From a virus: 64,000 nucleotides of DNA. Under the pieces are notes generated by a model, which worked only from the letters and a program-made list of their open reading frames with translations, did no database searches and was not told where the DNA came from. The position numbers and the translations under genes are program-made. Shown here piece by piece: positions 39,336-49,176 of this stretch. The stretch is taken from positions 18,518 through 82,517 of IMG/VR virus record IMGVR_UViG_3300009078_000075; one strand, written 5' to 3'. Within the stretch, counting starts at the first letter, position 1, and the number at the start of each line of letters is the position of its first letter.

Positions 39336-39533
39336 ATGAGATTGTTCATATCAAAAATTAACGGTAGTGAGAATTTATTAATTGAAGCAGCTGTATTTAG
39401 TAATGGTGTTACTGATGAAATACTTGAAGAGTTGGCTCCTGGTGAAATGATTTTTGGCGTATCATTTGAAGAAATCTTGGAACTTGTCGAAGCGGAGGAT
39501 TATAAGGGGTATATAGAGATTGATGTAAATTGA
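39336..39533 (+). CDS. Paralog of the candidate MuF-toxin immunity protein
   Basis: MRLFISK...EL.P.E.IF..S.EEI....E..DYKGYIEI matches 3113..3301. Confidence 0.7.
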   Translation: MRLFISKINGSENLLIEAAVFSNGVTDEILEELAPGEMIFGVSFEEILELVEAEDYKGYIEIDVN

Positions 39534-39631
39534 TTTAATATAATTAACCGATCAAAAAGGTAATATATGCCGATATATATAATAGAGATGAATTTAATGT
39601 AATCTTTTAAAATCAACATAAAGGGGATATT

Positions 39632-40000
39632 ATGAAAGACTCCCTGGTCGAACAGAAAATTAATGACATATTTGATAAAGCGGAACAGGTATATGGACGT
39701 TCCTTTAATCGTCCTGCCCTTTATTTTACAGAGGGCAAGGCAATGATATTGGCAATGGCTTATGTGAAGTCAAATTATATTAATTTCAACCCTTATTTCA
39801 TGGGGATTGCATTGGAAACCGTGTTGAATGAAACCGTGATTCATGAAGCTGCCCATATTATTGCCCATCAACTTTATGGATGTAAAGCATTTGGACATTC
39901 CCCATTGTGGGCAGGTGTAGCAAGGAAATTAGGATTAGAAAAGCCTCAAAGGATAACCTTAATAGATTTTCCACAAAAATTAAAACCCATCCGATATTAA
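39632..40000 (+). CDS. SprT-like metalloprotease
   Basis: TVIHEAAH, GH...W. Confidence 0.78.
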   Translation: MKDSLVEQKINDIFDKAEQVYGRSFNRPALYFTEGKAMILAMAYVKSNYINFNPYFMGIALETVLNETVIHEAAHIIAHQLYGCKAFGHSPLWAGVARKLGLEKPQRITLIDFPQKLKPIRY

Positions 40001-40269
40001 ATATAGGATATAATTCCCTTCCACAATCCCCTTGAATGATTCAAATACCCCTGGCCCTGATAATGGCCCCCCGGCATGTGATCGTGCATTTGGAGGGGTC
40101 TTCTTGGTAATGTTTTTAATAAAACATTTCTTTGTTCCTTAAATATCTTAATAAAACATATCTTTTACTATATAAAAATTTTAAATATATGTATATTATA
40201 AAATGAATGAATGATTTATTGTTTCTTAAATTTTTTAACCAAAAAAGGGGAGAAATGGGAGAATAATTT

Positions 40270-41220
40270 ATGCCTTGGAAAATTGAAAAGATTTCGATTC
40301 CGGATCAAAGTGGAAAAACAGTTGATAAAAATATTATCGTTATGGACCCATCGGGGAACCCTGTATGGATTCATGAACATGATAAAAAAGAAGTAGGGGT
40401 GGATGCCGGACATTATTTTTCAAAGATCCCCGAGTTACTTGAAGAGCAACGGACGTTAAAGAAAAGTAAAAAGGATGTGGATGATCAATTGGCCGCTTTG
40501 AAAGCATCCTTTGACGGGATTGATGATCCGGTGAAGGCGAAAGAAGCCCTTGACATTATCAAGAATCTTGATGCAAAGAAACTTGTTGATGCAAAGAAAA
40601 TAGATGAATTGAAAATGCAATTGAAAGGTGAATATGATCAAGCGTTGCTAAAGGTAACAGGGGAAAATAAAACGATTATTGAAAAACTTACCGCTGATTT
40701 ACAGAAGAGTCAATCACATATACATTCCCTTACTATTTCAAATGCTTTTAGAAGCTCAAAGATTTTAAATGGGGAAGACAAGAAAGTGATTGTCCCCGTT
40801 GACATGGCAGAGAAATATTGGGCTGATTATTTTAAACCTACTGAAGTAAATGGTAAATTGGTTCCCGTTGCTTCAATTGGGGATAAGCCTATTTATAGTA
40901 AAGAGAAACCGGGTGAATTGGCTGATTTTGATGAAGCCATTATGACGATTATTTCTGATTATTGTCCTTTCAAGGAATCGATATTGAAAGGAAATCAAAA
41001 TTCAGGTGGTGGATCAACGGGTGGAGGTAATGGTGGTGGTAATGGAGGGGTGAGGGATATTTCTTCATATAAATCTGATGCCGATTTTAAAACCCCTAAA
41101 GAAAAGCAGGAATACATTACAAAATACGGTCTTGACAAGTTTCAAGGGCTGGTAAGGGCTGGAAGGTCCTCTCGTGTTTCTGACATGAAGAAGGCGGGAC
41201 AGGCCCCTTTACATAAGTAA
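40270..41220 (+). CDS. Capsid scaffolding protein (DUF6651-like)
   Basis: Upstream of capsid; coiled coil, KNLDAKKL, PGELADFDEAI, Gly-rich linker. Confidence 0.75.
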   Translation: MPWKIEKISIPDQSGKTVDKNIIVMDPSGNPVWIHEHDKKEVGVDAGHYFSKIPELLEEQRTLKKSKKDVDDQLAALKASFDGIDDPVKAKEALDIIKNLDAKKLVDAKKIDELKMQLKGEYDQALLKVTGENKTIIEKLTADLQKSQSHIHSLTISNAFRSSKILNGEDKKVIVPVDMAEKYWADYFKPTEVNGKLVPVASIGDKPIYSKEKPGELADFDEAIMTIISDYCPFKESILKGNQNSGGGSTGGGNGGGNGGVRDISSYKSDADFKTPKEKQEYITKYGLDKFQGLVRAGRSSRVSDMKKAGQAPLHK

Positions 41221-41355
41221 GCGATATAAATTCTATTTTTTGAGAGATTTAAAAAATAGGATTAAAGTTTTAAGGGAGATCCTAATAAGGTATGCTGTTC
41301 GGGAGATCCAGCAGCTGGTTTTTTACATTTTTTCATTTTTAAAAAGGAGTTAAAA

Positions 41356-42384
41356 ATGAACGCTGGATTTTATATTCGTCGGATTCCAAAGGCCGCTGGT
41401 ACTGCAAGCGATTTTAAAGTTTATCATGAACAGTTTTATGGTGGAATGTATGAAGAGCTTTCACAGGAAGTTGATATTTTTAATGTTGCTTCCCGGAACA
41501 CCATCCGATTGATCACCCAGGATCAGCTCGGTGATTATGAGAAAGAATCATTTTTTGATAGGGTTTCGAGTTTGGTTACTCGTAGGGATACCACTTCTGT
41601 TTCAGCTGCTACTTCTCAAAAAATGACTCAAGGAGAAATTGTTGGCGTAAAGGTTAATCGTAAGATTGGCCCCGTTGATGAAACGCTTGACGCCTGGGAA
41701 AAAGTTGGGAAATATGGTGAAGAGGCCCAGAAGGAAATGAGTTTTCAGCTCGGAAAACAGATCGGTGAGGAAATTGCTCATGATATGGTGGAATCAAGCA
41801 TTAACTGTATTGAGGCGGCTCTTTCAGGGCAGGCTGACAATACGTATGATGCTACTGGGCAGACTACAAAAACCATGACTGTTACTCATTTGCTTAATGG
41901 TCTTGCAAAAATGGGTGATAAAGCTTCTAAAGTGCTTTGCTGGTTTATGCATAGCAAGCAGTATTTTGATCTTATGAAGCAGGCTGTTTCCGATAAGATC
42001 TATGAGGAAGCGGGTGTTGTGGTGTACGGGGGGACCCCTGGTACCCTTGGACGCCCTTGTGTTGTGGTTGATGCCGATGGGCTTTATCTCGGTGCCGATT
42101 CATTGGATACTACTTATCAGTGTCTGGGTCTTGTTGAAAATGCCGGTATCGTTTGTGAATCCGAGTCAAAACGTCTTGTGGATGAGATTGTGACAGGTCT
42201 TGAAAACTTGGTTTTCAGGATTCAGGGTGAGTATGCTTATAATCTCAAAATCAAGGGGTTTGCATGGGACACGACCAATGGTGGGGCCAATCCTACGGAA
42301 GCAAGCATTCGGACCGCTACAAACTGGGACAAAGTGTATTCCAGTGCGAAAAATCTTGCTGGTATTCGTATCGTTACTCAGTAA
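41356..42384 (+). CDS. Major capsid protein
   Basis: 342 aa, high-expression codon usage; MHSKQYFDL, LGRP.VV.D, KGFAWD...GGANPT...NWDKV...K..AG. Confidence 0.88.
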   Translation: MNAGFYIRRIPKAAGTASDFKVYHEQFYGGMYEELSQEVDIFNVASRNTIRLITQDQLGDYEKESFFDRVSSLVTRRDTTSVSAATSQKMTQGEIVGVKVNRKIGPVDETLDAWEKVGKYGEEAQKEMSFQLGKQIGEEIAHDMVESSINCIEAALSGQADNTYDATGQTTKTMTVTHLLNGLAKMGDKASKVLCWFMHSKQYFDLMKQAVSDKIYEEAGVVVYGGTPGTLGRPCVVVDADGLYLGADSLDTTYQCLGLVENAGIVCESESKRLVDEIVTGLENLVFRIQGEYAYNLKIKGFAWDTTNGGANPTEASIRTATNWDKVYSSAKNLAGIRIVTQ

Positions 42385-42414
42385 ATTTTATCTCTAAGAA
42401 AAGGGGAGAAACTT

Positions 42415-43197
42415 ATGAGATACATTGTTTTTGATAAATGGACAGTAGAGCGGATCGAAAGATCCGCTCTTATTGCCATTGGTGATTTTTTGAAATCCGA
42501 GAATCATTTGGTTGAGTATTTTCCGCCATCATGCCTTTCTTCATGTTTGCCCTCTACTCCAATTGATCAATTAGATGGGGTATTTACTTGGGGGGCCAAT
42601 AATTTATCCGTTATTGATTATTATAAAAAGAATGCTCCGAATGTCCCCATTTATACAGTAGATTCCGGATATTTAAGACGTGATTTAATGTATAAATATA
42701 TTCTTAAAAATGGAAAATTTCCTGTAATTGGGGCTTCTGATGATCGATTTAAAGCACTTGGATTGAAAATAAAGAGCACTTGGAGTGCCGAAGGACATAT
42801 CCTTGTTATTGCACAAAATCATCATGAAGAGTGGTATGATCAAACGGTGAAGCAATTAAATAGTATTGTCAAAGATACAAAGGAAATAAGGATTCGTCCG
42901 TATCCCTCTGATGTAAATATAAAAGAGGAATATGGGAAGACTTTAAAAGAAGATTTAAAGGGATGTTTTGCCGTTGTCACATACAATTCAGCGTGTCTTT
43001 ATGAAGCCCTTATAAAAACTATTCCTGTATTTTGTAGTCAAGATTGTCCCGCCTCTATTTTCTGTGAGACAAATTTATATAAGATTATGAAGGCTGTTCA
43101 ATTGGGGGATGATGTTAATCAATTTTTGTATGATGTTGCTTATTCTCAATACACAATGGATGAATTGAGGAAAGGTATTTTTACTTCGATTCTTTAA
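42415..43197 (+). CDS. Glycosyltransferase-like protein (capsule polysaccharide synthesis-like)
   Basis: WG, DSGYLRR, ILVIAQ, IRPYP, VVTYNSACLYEAL...IPVF, AYSQY...E. Confidence 0.55.
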   Translation: MRYIVFDKWTVERIERSALIAIGDFLKSENHLVEYFPPSCLSSCLPSTPIDQLDGVFTWGANNLSVIDYYKKNAPNVPIYTVDSGYLRRDLMYKYILKNGKFPVIGASDDRFKALGLKIKSTWSAEGHILVIAQNHHEEWYDQTVKQLNSIVKDTKEIRIRPYPSDVNIKEEYGKTLKEDLKGCFAVVTYNSACLYEALIKTIPVFCSQDCPASIFCETNLYKIMKAVQLGDDVNQFLYDVAYSQYTMDELRKGIFTSIL

Positions 43198-43218
43198 TTA
43201 TAAGAAATGGATTAAAAA

Positions 43219-43620
43219 ATGGGGAATGAAGCAGGGATGTCATACAGACATTATTGTTTTAGCGTTTGTTTGGAAACCTTTGCGATATTGCTAATTGGTA
43301 CTGCAATTGTTGAGATGCATATTTTACATTTGGCAAATCCCGTTTGTTATCTTACTACAATTGGATCACTTATTTTTTCAATTGGATCTGGGTATTATGC
43401 AAAGATTATTAAATGGAATAGAGCAAAAGAGCAATGTTCAGAATGTAATGGATATATTAAACAAATATTACATTTGAAAAATGAGGCAATTAAGAAAATA
43501 AATTTAAAAATAAAATATGAAGAAAATATATCTCTTTTAAAAGGGTTAATTATGAAGGGACAATTAAAAAATAAAAAATATATATTGCTTTTAAAAAAGT
43601 TGATTAAGAAGGGATATTAA
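43219..43620 (+). CDS. Two-TM membrane protein
   Basis: Two hydrophobic helices, basic tail. Confidence 0.5.
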   Translation: MGNEAGMSYRHYCFSVCLETFAILLIGTAIVEMHILHLANPVCYLTTIGSLIFSIGSGYYAKIIKWNRAKEQCSECNGYIKQILHLKNEAIKKINLKIKYEENISLLKGLIMKGQLKNKKYILLLKKLIKKGY

Positions 43621-43621
43621 A

Positions 43622-44131
43622 ATGGCTGTAACCATTGTTACATCGGTATCAGGGGAAAGTTCAAATTCTTATGCTTCTCTTACTGAAATTAATACCTATA
43701 TTGAAGCTCATCCGTTGTTTTATGCAACTTGGGCGGCATTAACCGATGCTGTAAAAAATACATGGTTAGTGTATGCGACCAGGGCAATTGACCGGGCATA
43801 TCGATATAGGGGGGCCCGGTATGATAAGGATCAGGCATTGGAATTTCCACGTTCTATCACTGATGATCATACAGATGAGGGGGCGATGCCCCAAAAGGTA
43901 AAAGATGCACAGGGAGAAATGATCATATACCTCTATAAACACATTTCTTCTGATGATATGTCTCCAGAACAGGAAATTAGTCAATTGTCGATTGGTCGAG
44001 GGGCATTGTCCCTTGTATTTAAGGATAAACGTGCTGATTTTAAGGCGGGCGGGGGATATCTTGATACTGTTCGATCCCTATTGAGGGAATGGATAATTAG
44101 TGATTCAAATATCGAATTGTTGAGAGGATAA
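43622..44131 (+). CDS. Head-tail connector (DnaT-like family)
   Basis: NSYAS, AT..ID, QALEFPR, P..VK.AQ.E. Confidence 0.75.
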   Translation: MAVTIVTSVSGESSNSYASLTEINTYIEAHPLFYATWAALTDAVKNTWLVYATRAIDRAYRYRGARYDKDQALEFPRSITDDHTDEGAMPQKVKDAQGEMIIYLYKHISSDDMSPEQEISQLSIGRGALSLVFKDKRADFKAGGGYLDTVRSLLREWIISDSNIELLRG

Positions 44132-44591
44132 TAAAATGAAAAAAGAACTTGTTATATGTGAAAAAGCTGGTAAATGCAAGGATAAACAAATTGATGATGA
44201 TTTTGTATGCCCTCACTCCGTTGAACATACTCCGAATGGTTGTTGTGATTCATTAAGTTGTTTTATTAACGGACATTTTGAACAAGTTAAATGTATAAAA
44301 AGTGTCAATAAATAAAATTATTGAAAAATTATTGGAACAGGAAAAAACACATCCTAATCCAATTCATATCGATCTTGAGTCATCTCTTCCCGTGTATACA
44401 ATTTGTGAGGTTATACGGGAAATATATACATTATCTTCTGATGGTGAAATTAAAAATAGATGTATTTTAGTACAGATAATGGCGAAAAAAATGAGTAGAA
44501 AGTTGCAAGAAAATTATAAAAAGGAACATCCTGAATCAAAGGGGGACTGGACCGAGAATAAATTTTTTCCAAAAAAGATTGAGGATAAATA

Positions 44592-44762
44592 ATGCCAACC
44601 ATGACTTGTCAAAAAAACGGGAAACCCGGGTATAAGTATGGGGAGCATGGAACGTGTTATACTGGTTCAGGGGGAAAGAGGAAAGCATTAAAACAAGCGG
44701 TGGCAATACATGCTTCAGGTTTTCGTGAAATGAAACATTCAAAGGTGAAAAAGGTTAAATAA
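44592..44762 (+). CDS. Small phage protein (56 aa)
   Basis: Hand-translated MPTMTCQKNGKPGYKYGEHGTCY...; GAGG RBS. Confidence 0.6.
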   Translation: MPTMTCQKNGKPGYKYGEHGTCYTGSGGKRKALKQAVAIHASGFREMKHSKVKKVK

Positions 44763-44764
44763 AA

Positions 44765-45151
44765 ATGGGACTTGTTAGTGGGGGATTTGTAAAGGGCATT
44801 GTTAATAAATATCTTTCAGATTCTTCTATTACCGTTGCCCTTGTTTATAAAAGTATTACAAATTCATATAGCATCACCACTGCTGAAAACACAGAAACAG
44901 CAACATCCATTTCAGTAAGAGGAATAAGAATTATTTATACAAAAGAAGGTGTTCCTGTATCTGCGGGTGATTTACAGGGAAGGACAATTTCATTTTTAAT
45001 AAGGGAAAAATATTTTTCTGATAATTTAATTACCCCAAAAAAGGGTGATAAAATTACCTATGACGGAATTGATTTTGAAATATCTGATTTTGAAAAAACA
45101 GTGGTGGGATCAACTGAAATGATGCTTGAATTTAATTGTGTGAAAACATAA
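44765..45151 (+). CDS. Head closure/adaptor protein
   Basis: Position; PKKGDKI...G..FEI. Confidence 0.6.
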   Translation: MGLVSGGFVKGIVNKYLSDSSITVALVYKSITNSYSITTAENTETATSISVRGIRIIYTKEGVPVSAGDLQGRTISFLIREKYFSDNLITPKKGDKITYDGIDFEISDFEKTVVGSTEMMLEFNCVKT

Positions 45152-45340
45152 GGGGATATAAATGTCAAAAAATCAGAAAATCACATTTGAAAAATTAACA
45201 GGAAGAACAGATCGATCTGTTATTTTACCTACCCATGCTTTTCCAATGACAAAAATGAGGACTTCAAATGGATTACCCTTTTATAGGGTTACTATTGAAG
45301 GGGGAACAAGAGACATTCAATATCCCATGATTAAACGATA

Positions 45341-45835
45341 ATGGCCGGTGAGTTTAATGTATCCCTTAAATCAAATTTTCATCAATTTTTTGAATCCGTT
45401 CAAAGGGATCTTAAAAAATTCGATGAAAAGTCTATTGGTATAGCAAAAACCGTTGCAATTCAAGCCCTTTCCGATTTACAATTAATGAGTCCCGTTGATT
45501 ATGGTCGTTATAGGGCTGCTCATATTTTATCAATAGATACCCCTTCTCATGAAACCCCTCCCGAAGTATCAAGTCAGGAGAAAAGAACACATAGCAAAGG
45601 ATCACCGGCAGGACAATATATAAAAAAGACAATGGAAAATCAACAAAATGCCTCTTCCGTATTGGGGGGGATAAAAAAGATCGGGAACAAATTGAGTATA
45701 TTTATTACAAATAATGTCCTTTATGCTATGTTTATTGAGTTAGGAACATATTCAAAGGACCCCAATGCCCCAAAAAAAATATATGAAAAGGCAAGGGCGT
45801 TGGCAGAAAAAAGATTGAGAAGCTTAGTGGGGTAA
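45341..45835 (+). CDS. HK97 gp10-like neck/tail completion protein
   Basis: SPVDYGRYR, NNVLYA.FIE.G.S..AP. Confidence 0.75.
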   Translation: MAGEFNVSLKSNFHQFFESVQRDLKKFDEKSIGIAKTVAIQALSDLQLMSPVDYGRYRAAHILSIDTPSHETPPEVSSQEKRTHSKGSPAGQYIKKTMENQQNASSVLGGIKKIGNKLSIFITNNVLYAMFIELGTYSKDPNAPKKIYEKARALAEKRLRSLVG

Positions 45836-45836
45836 T

Positions 45837-46259
45837 ATGAGTTTATCTATATGGCATGATATTGAAAAAACAATTATTTCTTATTTTGGTAATAATTGGG
45901 TATCAACGGAAATTCAATATCCAAATACAGTAAAAGATATGGCAAGTTATGGTGTATGGGTAAGTATTAATGTAATTCCATTGGCAGCAAATCGATTAAC
46001 TATTACAGGGAATAATGATACAGGAATTATGTATATTGGTGATGTTGTTATGAATATTTTTCGTGATCTTAATAAGGGCACTGGGGTATTAAAACAACAT
46101 GTTGATAATATTATTAATTTATTTAGATACAAAACATTGACAATTGAAGGTGAAAAAATAATTCAATTTAAAATTCCCCAGCATTACGTTCTTGGAATGT
46201 GTATGGAAGGAACTTTGTGGCAAGAATCAATTTCAATTTCGTTTGAATGTTTGGTGTAA
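45837..46259 (+). CDS. Tail terminator-like protein, copy 1
   Basis: Position; tandem paralog. Confidence 0.65.
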   Translation: MSLSIWHDIEKTIISYFGNNWVSTEIQYPNTVKDMASYGVWVSINVIPLAANRLTITGNNDTGIMYIGDVVMNIFRDLNKGTGVLKQHVDNIINLFRYKTLTIEGEKIIQFKIPQHYVLGMCMEGTLWQESISISFECLV

Positions 46260-46260
46260 T

Positions 46261-46677
46261 ATGAGTTTATCTGTATGGCAGGACATTGAAAAAGCAATTG
46301 TAAATTATGTTGGAAGTAATTGGACATCAACAGAAATACAATATCCAAATACAGTAAAAGATATGGCTTCCGTTGAATTTTATATTTCATTGAAAATAAA
46401 TCCCACAACCCAACAAAGATTAACAATTACAGGGAATGCAGATACGGGAATTATGTATAAAGGAGAAGTGATATTTACTTTTAGTAGGTCTATTAATAAG
46501 GGTACTGGTTTGTTAAAACAATATGTGGATGATATTAATGATTTATTTAGATATCATACCCTTACATTAGGGGATGCCAGTATAATTCAATTTTATGTTC
46601 CTCAATTATTGCAAATTGGAAAAGTAAATGATCGATGGGAAGAATTAATAACAATCTCCTTTGAATATTTAAAATAA
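46261..46677 (+). CDS. Tail terminator-like protein, copy 2
   Basis: MSLSVWQDIEK...STEIQYPNTVKDMAS...RLTITGN.DTGIMY.G...NKGTG.LKQ shared with copy 1. Confidence 0.65.
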   Translation: MSLSVWQDIEKAIVNYVGSNWTSTEIQYPNTVKDMASVEFYISLKINPTTQQRLTITGNADTGIMYKGEVIFTFSRSINKGTGLLKQYVDDINDLFRYHTLTLGDASIIQFYVPQLLQIGKVNDRWEELITISFEYLK

Positions 46678-46749
46678 TATTTAAAATAATGTTTTATATC
46701 ATTTACTGAAAATAATTGTATATTATAATATGAAAGGAAAAAATTGTAA

Positions 46750-47385
46750 ATGAAGGGACAAGCAGAGACATATAATTTTACATGGGCAATTGATCCCTTG
46801 TTTAAAAATAAATATACAAATGTTCCGGGAATTGTTATTGGTAGGGGGATAAATGAATATGCTCGAAATGAATCCCTTGATTCATTTAAAGGAAAAAAAA
46901 TTGGATGTAATGAAGCATATAAAGTAACAGATTTGGATATCCTTTTATGGCTCGATAGTTCTTTTTATGGTAACCATGAAAAGGAAATTCTTTTTTATAA
47001 GGAAAGTACATTAAAAAAAACAATTTTATTTGCTATGAATCCATTGTATTATATTCATAAAGATTTATCTGTATATGGGCTCGAAGCAAGGAGACCTGAA
47101 AAATGCTCTGAATCATTTGATTCAGGATTTTACCCGTGTGAATTATCAGGATTTTTAGCATTGAATGTAGCATTGATAATGGGGATAAACCCAATATGGT
47201 TATATGGATTTACCCCAGATGAAAAAATAAGTGAGAGGAGTTTTAAATTTAAATATATCTCCGATTGGTGCAAACAAAATAACAGACAAGTATTTTTATA
47301 TGATGAAAATAGTTTATTATCAATGTTCTTTAATTATAAGTCTTTTCCATTAACTTTAAAAAAGAAAAAGAAAAAGGAGATTTAA
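46750..47385 (+). CDS. Glycosyltransferase-like protein (MAF/sialyltransferase-like)
   Basis: VIGRG, IGCNEAY, WLD, SGFLALNVALIMG...IWLYGF. Confidence 0.55.
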   Translation: MKGQAETYNFTWAIDPLFKNKYTNVPGIVIGRGINEYARNESLDSFKGKKIGCNEAYKVTDLDILLWLDSSFYGNHEKEILFYKESTLKKTILFAMNPLYYIHKDLSVYGLEARRPEKCSESFDSGFYPCELSGFLALNVALIMGINPIWLYGFTPDEKISERSFKFKYISDWCKQNNRQVFLYDENSLLSMFFNYKSFPLTLKKKKKKEI

Positions 47386-47386
47386 A

Positions 47387-48343
47387 ATGGCTCAAGGAAA
47401 AGGATACAAATCATATATTGTAATGGACTGGGAAGACACTTATGGGACGTCTCCTTCTTCTGCTACTGGTGTAAAAATTCCTTTTAACACTTGTGATTTA
47501 AAAGTAAGTCAACCAAATCAACGGGCAAACACCATTACAGGAAATCGTTCTTCTACTAAGCCATTTAGGGGAAATAAAGATGTTGCTGGAACGATTGTTG
47601 TCCCTGTAGATACACAAGCAATTGGTATTTGGTTAAAAGCACTTTTGGGAGCTCCATCTACTACGGGTTCCGTTTCCCCGTATACACATTCATTTTATGA
47701 AAAGGATATCCTTTCTTCATTTTTACTTGATGTTGCTCATCCTGATCTTACCCTTTATTATCTTTACAATGGGTTGAAAGTAAATACTTTTGCAATGACA
47801 GTTGGCGGGGACGGAGAACTTATTGCTACAATTGGTGTAAGTGGATCAAAGGAAACAAAAGGGGCTTCCGCTTATGATGGTACTCCATCTGAAGATTTTT
47901 CAGGTATGCTCCCTGGTCGTTTTGAAGTATTTGAATGTGCATTGAAAGAAGCGGGATCTTCAATATCATATCTGACAGAAATTTCATTGGATATTAATAA
48001 TAACCTTGCCCCTGCTTATTGTATTGGGGATGCTGGAATTAAATCATCCCTGGTCGAGGGCATAATTGGTTTGACGGGGAGTATAACAGGGTTATTTCAA
48101 GATGATGCCCTTCTTTTAAAGGGACGGAATCAGACGGAAACATCTCTTACTGTTACTTTTACTCAAGGGACATATTCATTAGAAATTGAATTTGATGAAG
48201 TTGTGTTAAGTTATGATCGGCCAGCAATTTCCGGGCCTGAGGGGCTATTAGTAAATCTCACTTGGGATGCCTTTTATGAAAATGGAGCTTCGAGTCATGC
48301 TATAACAGCAACTTTAATAAATTCAGTTGCTTCATATCTTTAA
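47387..48343 (+). CDS. Major tail tube protein
   Basis: E..YGT.P, LKALLG, YTH.F, G.KVN, INNNL; precedes chaperones and tape measure. Confidence 0.85.
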   Translation: MAQGKGYKSYIVMDWEDTYGTSPSSATGVKIPFNTCDLKVSQPNQRANTITGNRSSTKPFRGNKDVAGTIVVPVDTQAIGIWLKALLGAPSTTGSVSPYTHSFYEKDILSSFLLDVAHPDLTLYYLYNGLKVNTFAMTVGGDGELIATIGVSGSKETKGASAYDGTPSEDFSGMLPGRFEVFECALKEAGSSISYLTEISLDINNNLAPAYCIGDAGIKSSLVEGIIGLTGSITGLFQDDALLLKGRNQTETSLTVTFTQGTYSLEIEFDEVVLSYDRPAISGPEGLLVNLTWDAFYENGASSHAITATLINSVASYL

Positions 48344-48373
48344 TTTTTAATTTTAAAAAGGGGAGAATTTTTT

Positions 48374-48793
48374 ATGGACAAGGAAATTGATCAGCAGGAC
48401 AATACTCAAAAGTTTAATGGTCTTGTAATTGATCTTAATAGTGAAATTGTTGAAATTAATGGAACCAACCTTGCATTTGAAGGGACCCCATTTTACAGAA
48501 TGGGATTTACTGTTTTTGTAAAGCCTTTTACTCATGGTGAGTTTGAACGCTTAAAGAGGAAATTTGTCAATCCTCGAAATAATCAACTTAATGATGCTGC
48601 TTTTACAAAAGAGTTATTTATGCAGCAAGTACAGGATTGGAAAGGATTACAAACACCGTCTGGTGATCCCATCCTTTGTACTAATGAAATGAAAGAGCAG
48701 TTTGGAAATAAAATGTTCTTTTTTGTTAAAGCGATAAATCTTGCCTGTCTGAATGCTCGGATGGAGATGGTCGAGATTGAAGAAAAAAACTAA
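48374..48793 (+). CDS. Tail assembly chaperone (G)
   Basis: VQDWKGL...G.PI.C; ends EEKN at a slippery heptamer. Confidence 0.8.
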   Translation: MDKEIDQQDNTQKFNGLVIDLNSEIVEINGTNLAFEGTPFYRMGFTVFVKPFTHGEFERLKRKFVNPRNNQLNDAAFTKELFMQQVQDWKGLQTPSGDPILCTNEMKEQFGNKMFFFVKAINLACLNARMEMVEIEEKN

Positions 48794-49176
48794 TTGAGAT
48801 CTGGGACTGGCGTTTAGGTTCTGCAATCCCGTATTGCAATGCGTGTAAAAAAAGAAATAAACGATTAGACCCAGATTGTACAGGATGTATTTATGAGCCC
48901 CCAGTTACATTAAAACAAAATGCATTATTTTTAAAAATATATGCAGATTGTCAATATAGCAGGGATTTTTATGGAAGGATCAATTTAGATGTTTTCATAA
49001 AAGTAATGGAAATATATGCAAATATTTTAAATTTATCGGATGAAGATAAATTAATATTAATTCAAAAATTATCTTTTGTTTCTTCAATTGAAGAAAAACA
49101 TAAGGAAACGAATAAGCCGGTAGTAAAAAATACATCAACCATATCCTCACAAAAAGTAATAGGGAGAGGAAAATAA
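48790..49176 (+). CDS. Tail assembly chaperone T segment reached by -1 frameshift
   Basis: A AAA AAC at 48784-48790; -1 frame open for 128 codons (LIEIWDW...CNAC...CTGC) ending just before the tape measure ATG. Confidence 0.8.
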   Translation, partial: LIEIWDWRLGSAIPYCNACKKRNKRLDPDCTGCIYEPPVTLKQNALFLKIYADCQYSRDFYGRINLDVFIKVMEIYANILNLSDEDKLILIQKLSFVSSIEEKHKETNKPVVKNTSTISSQKVIGRGK

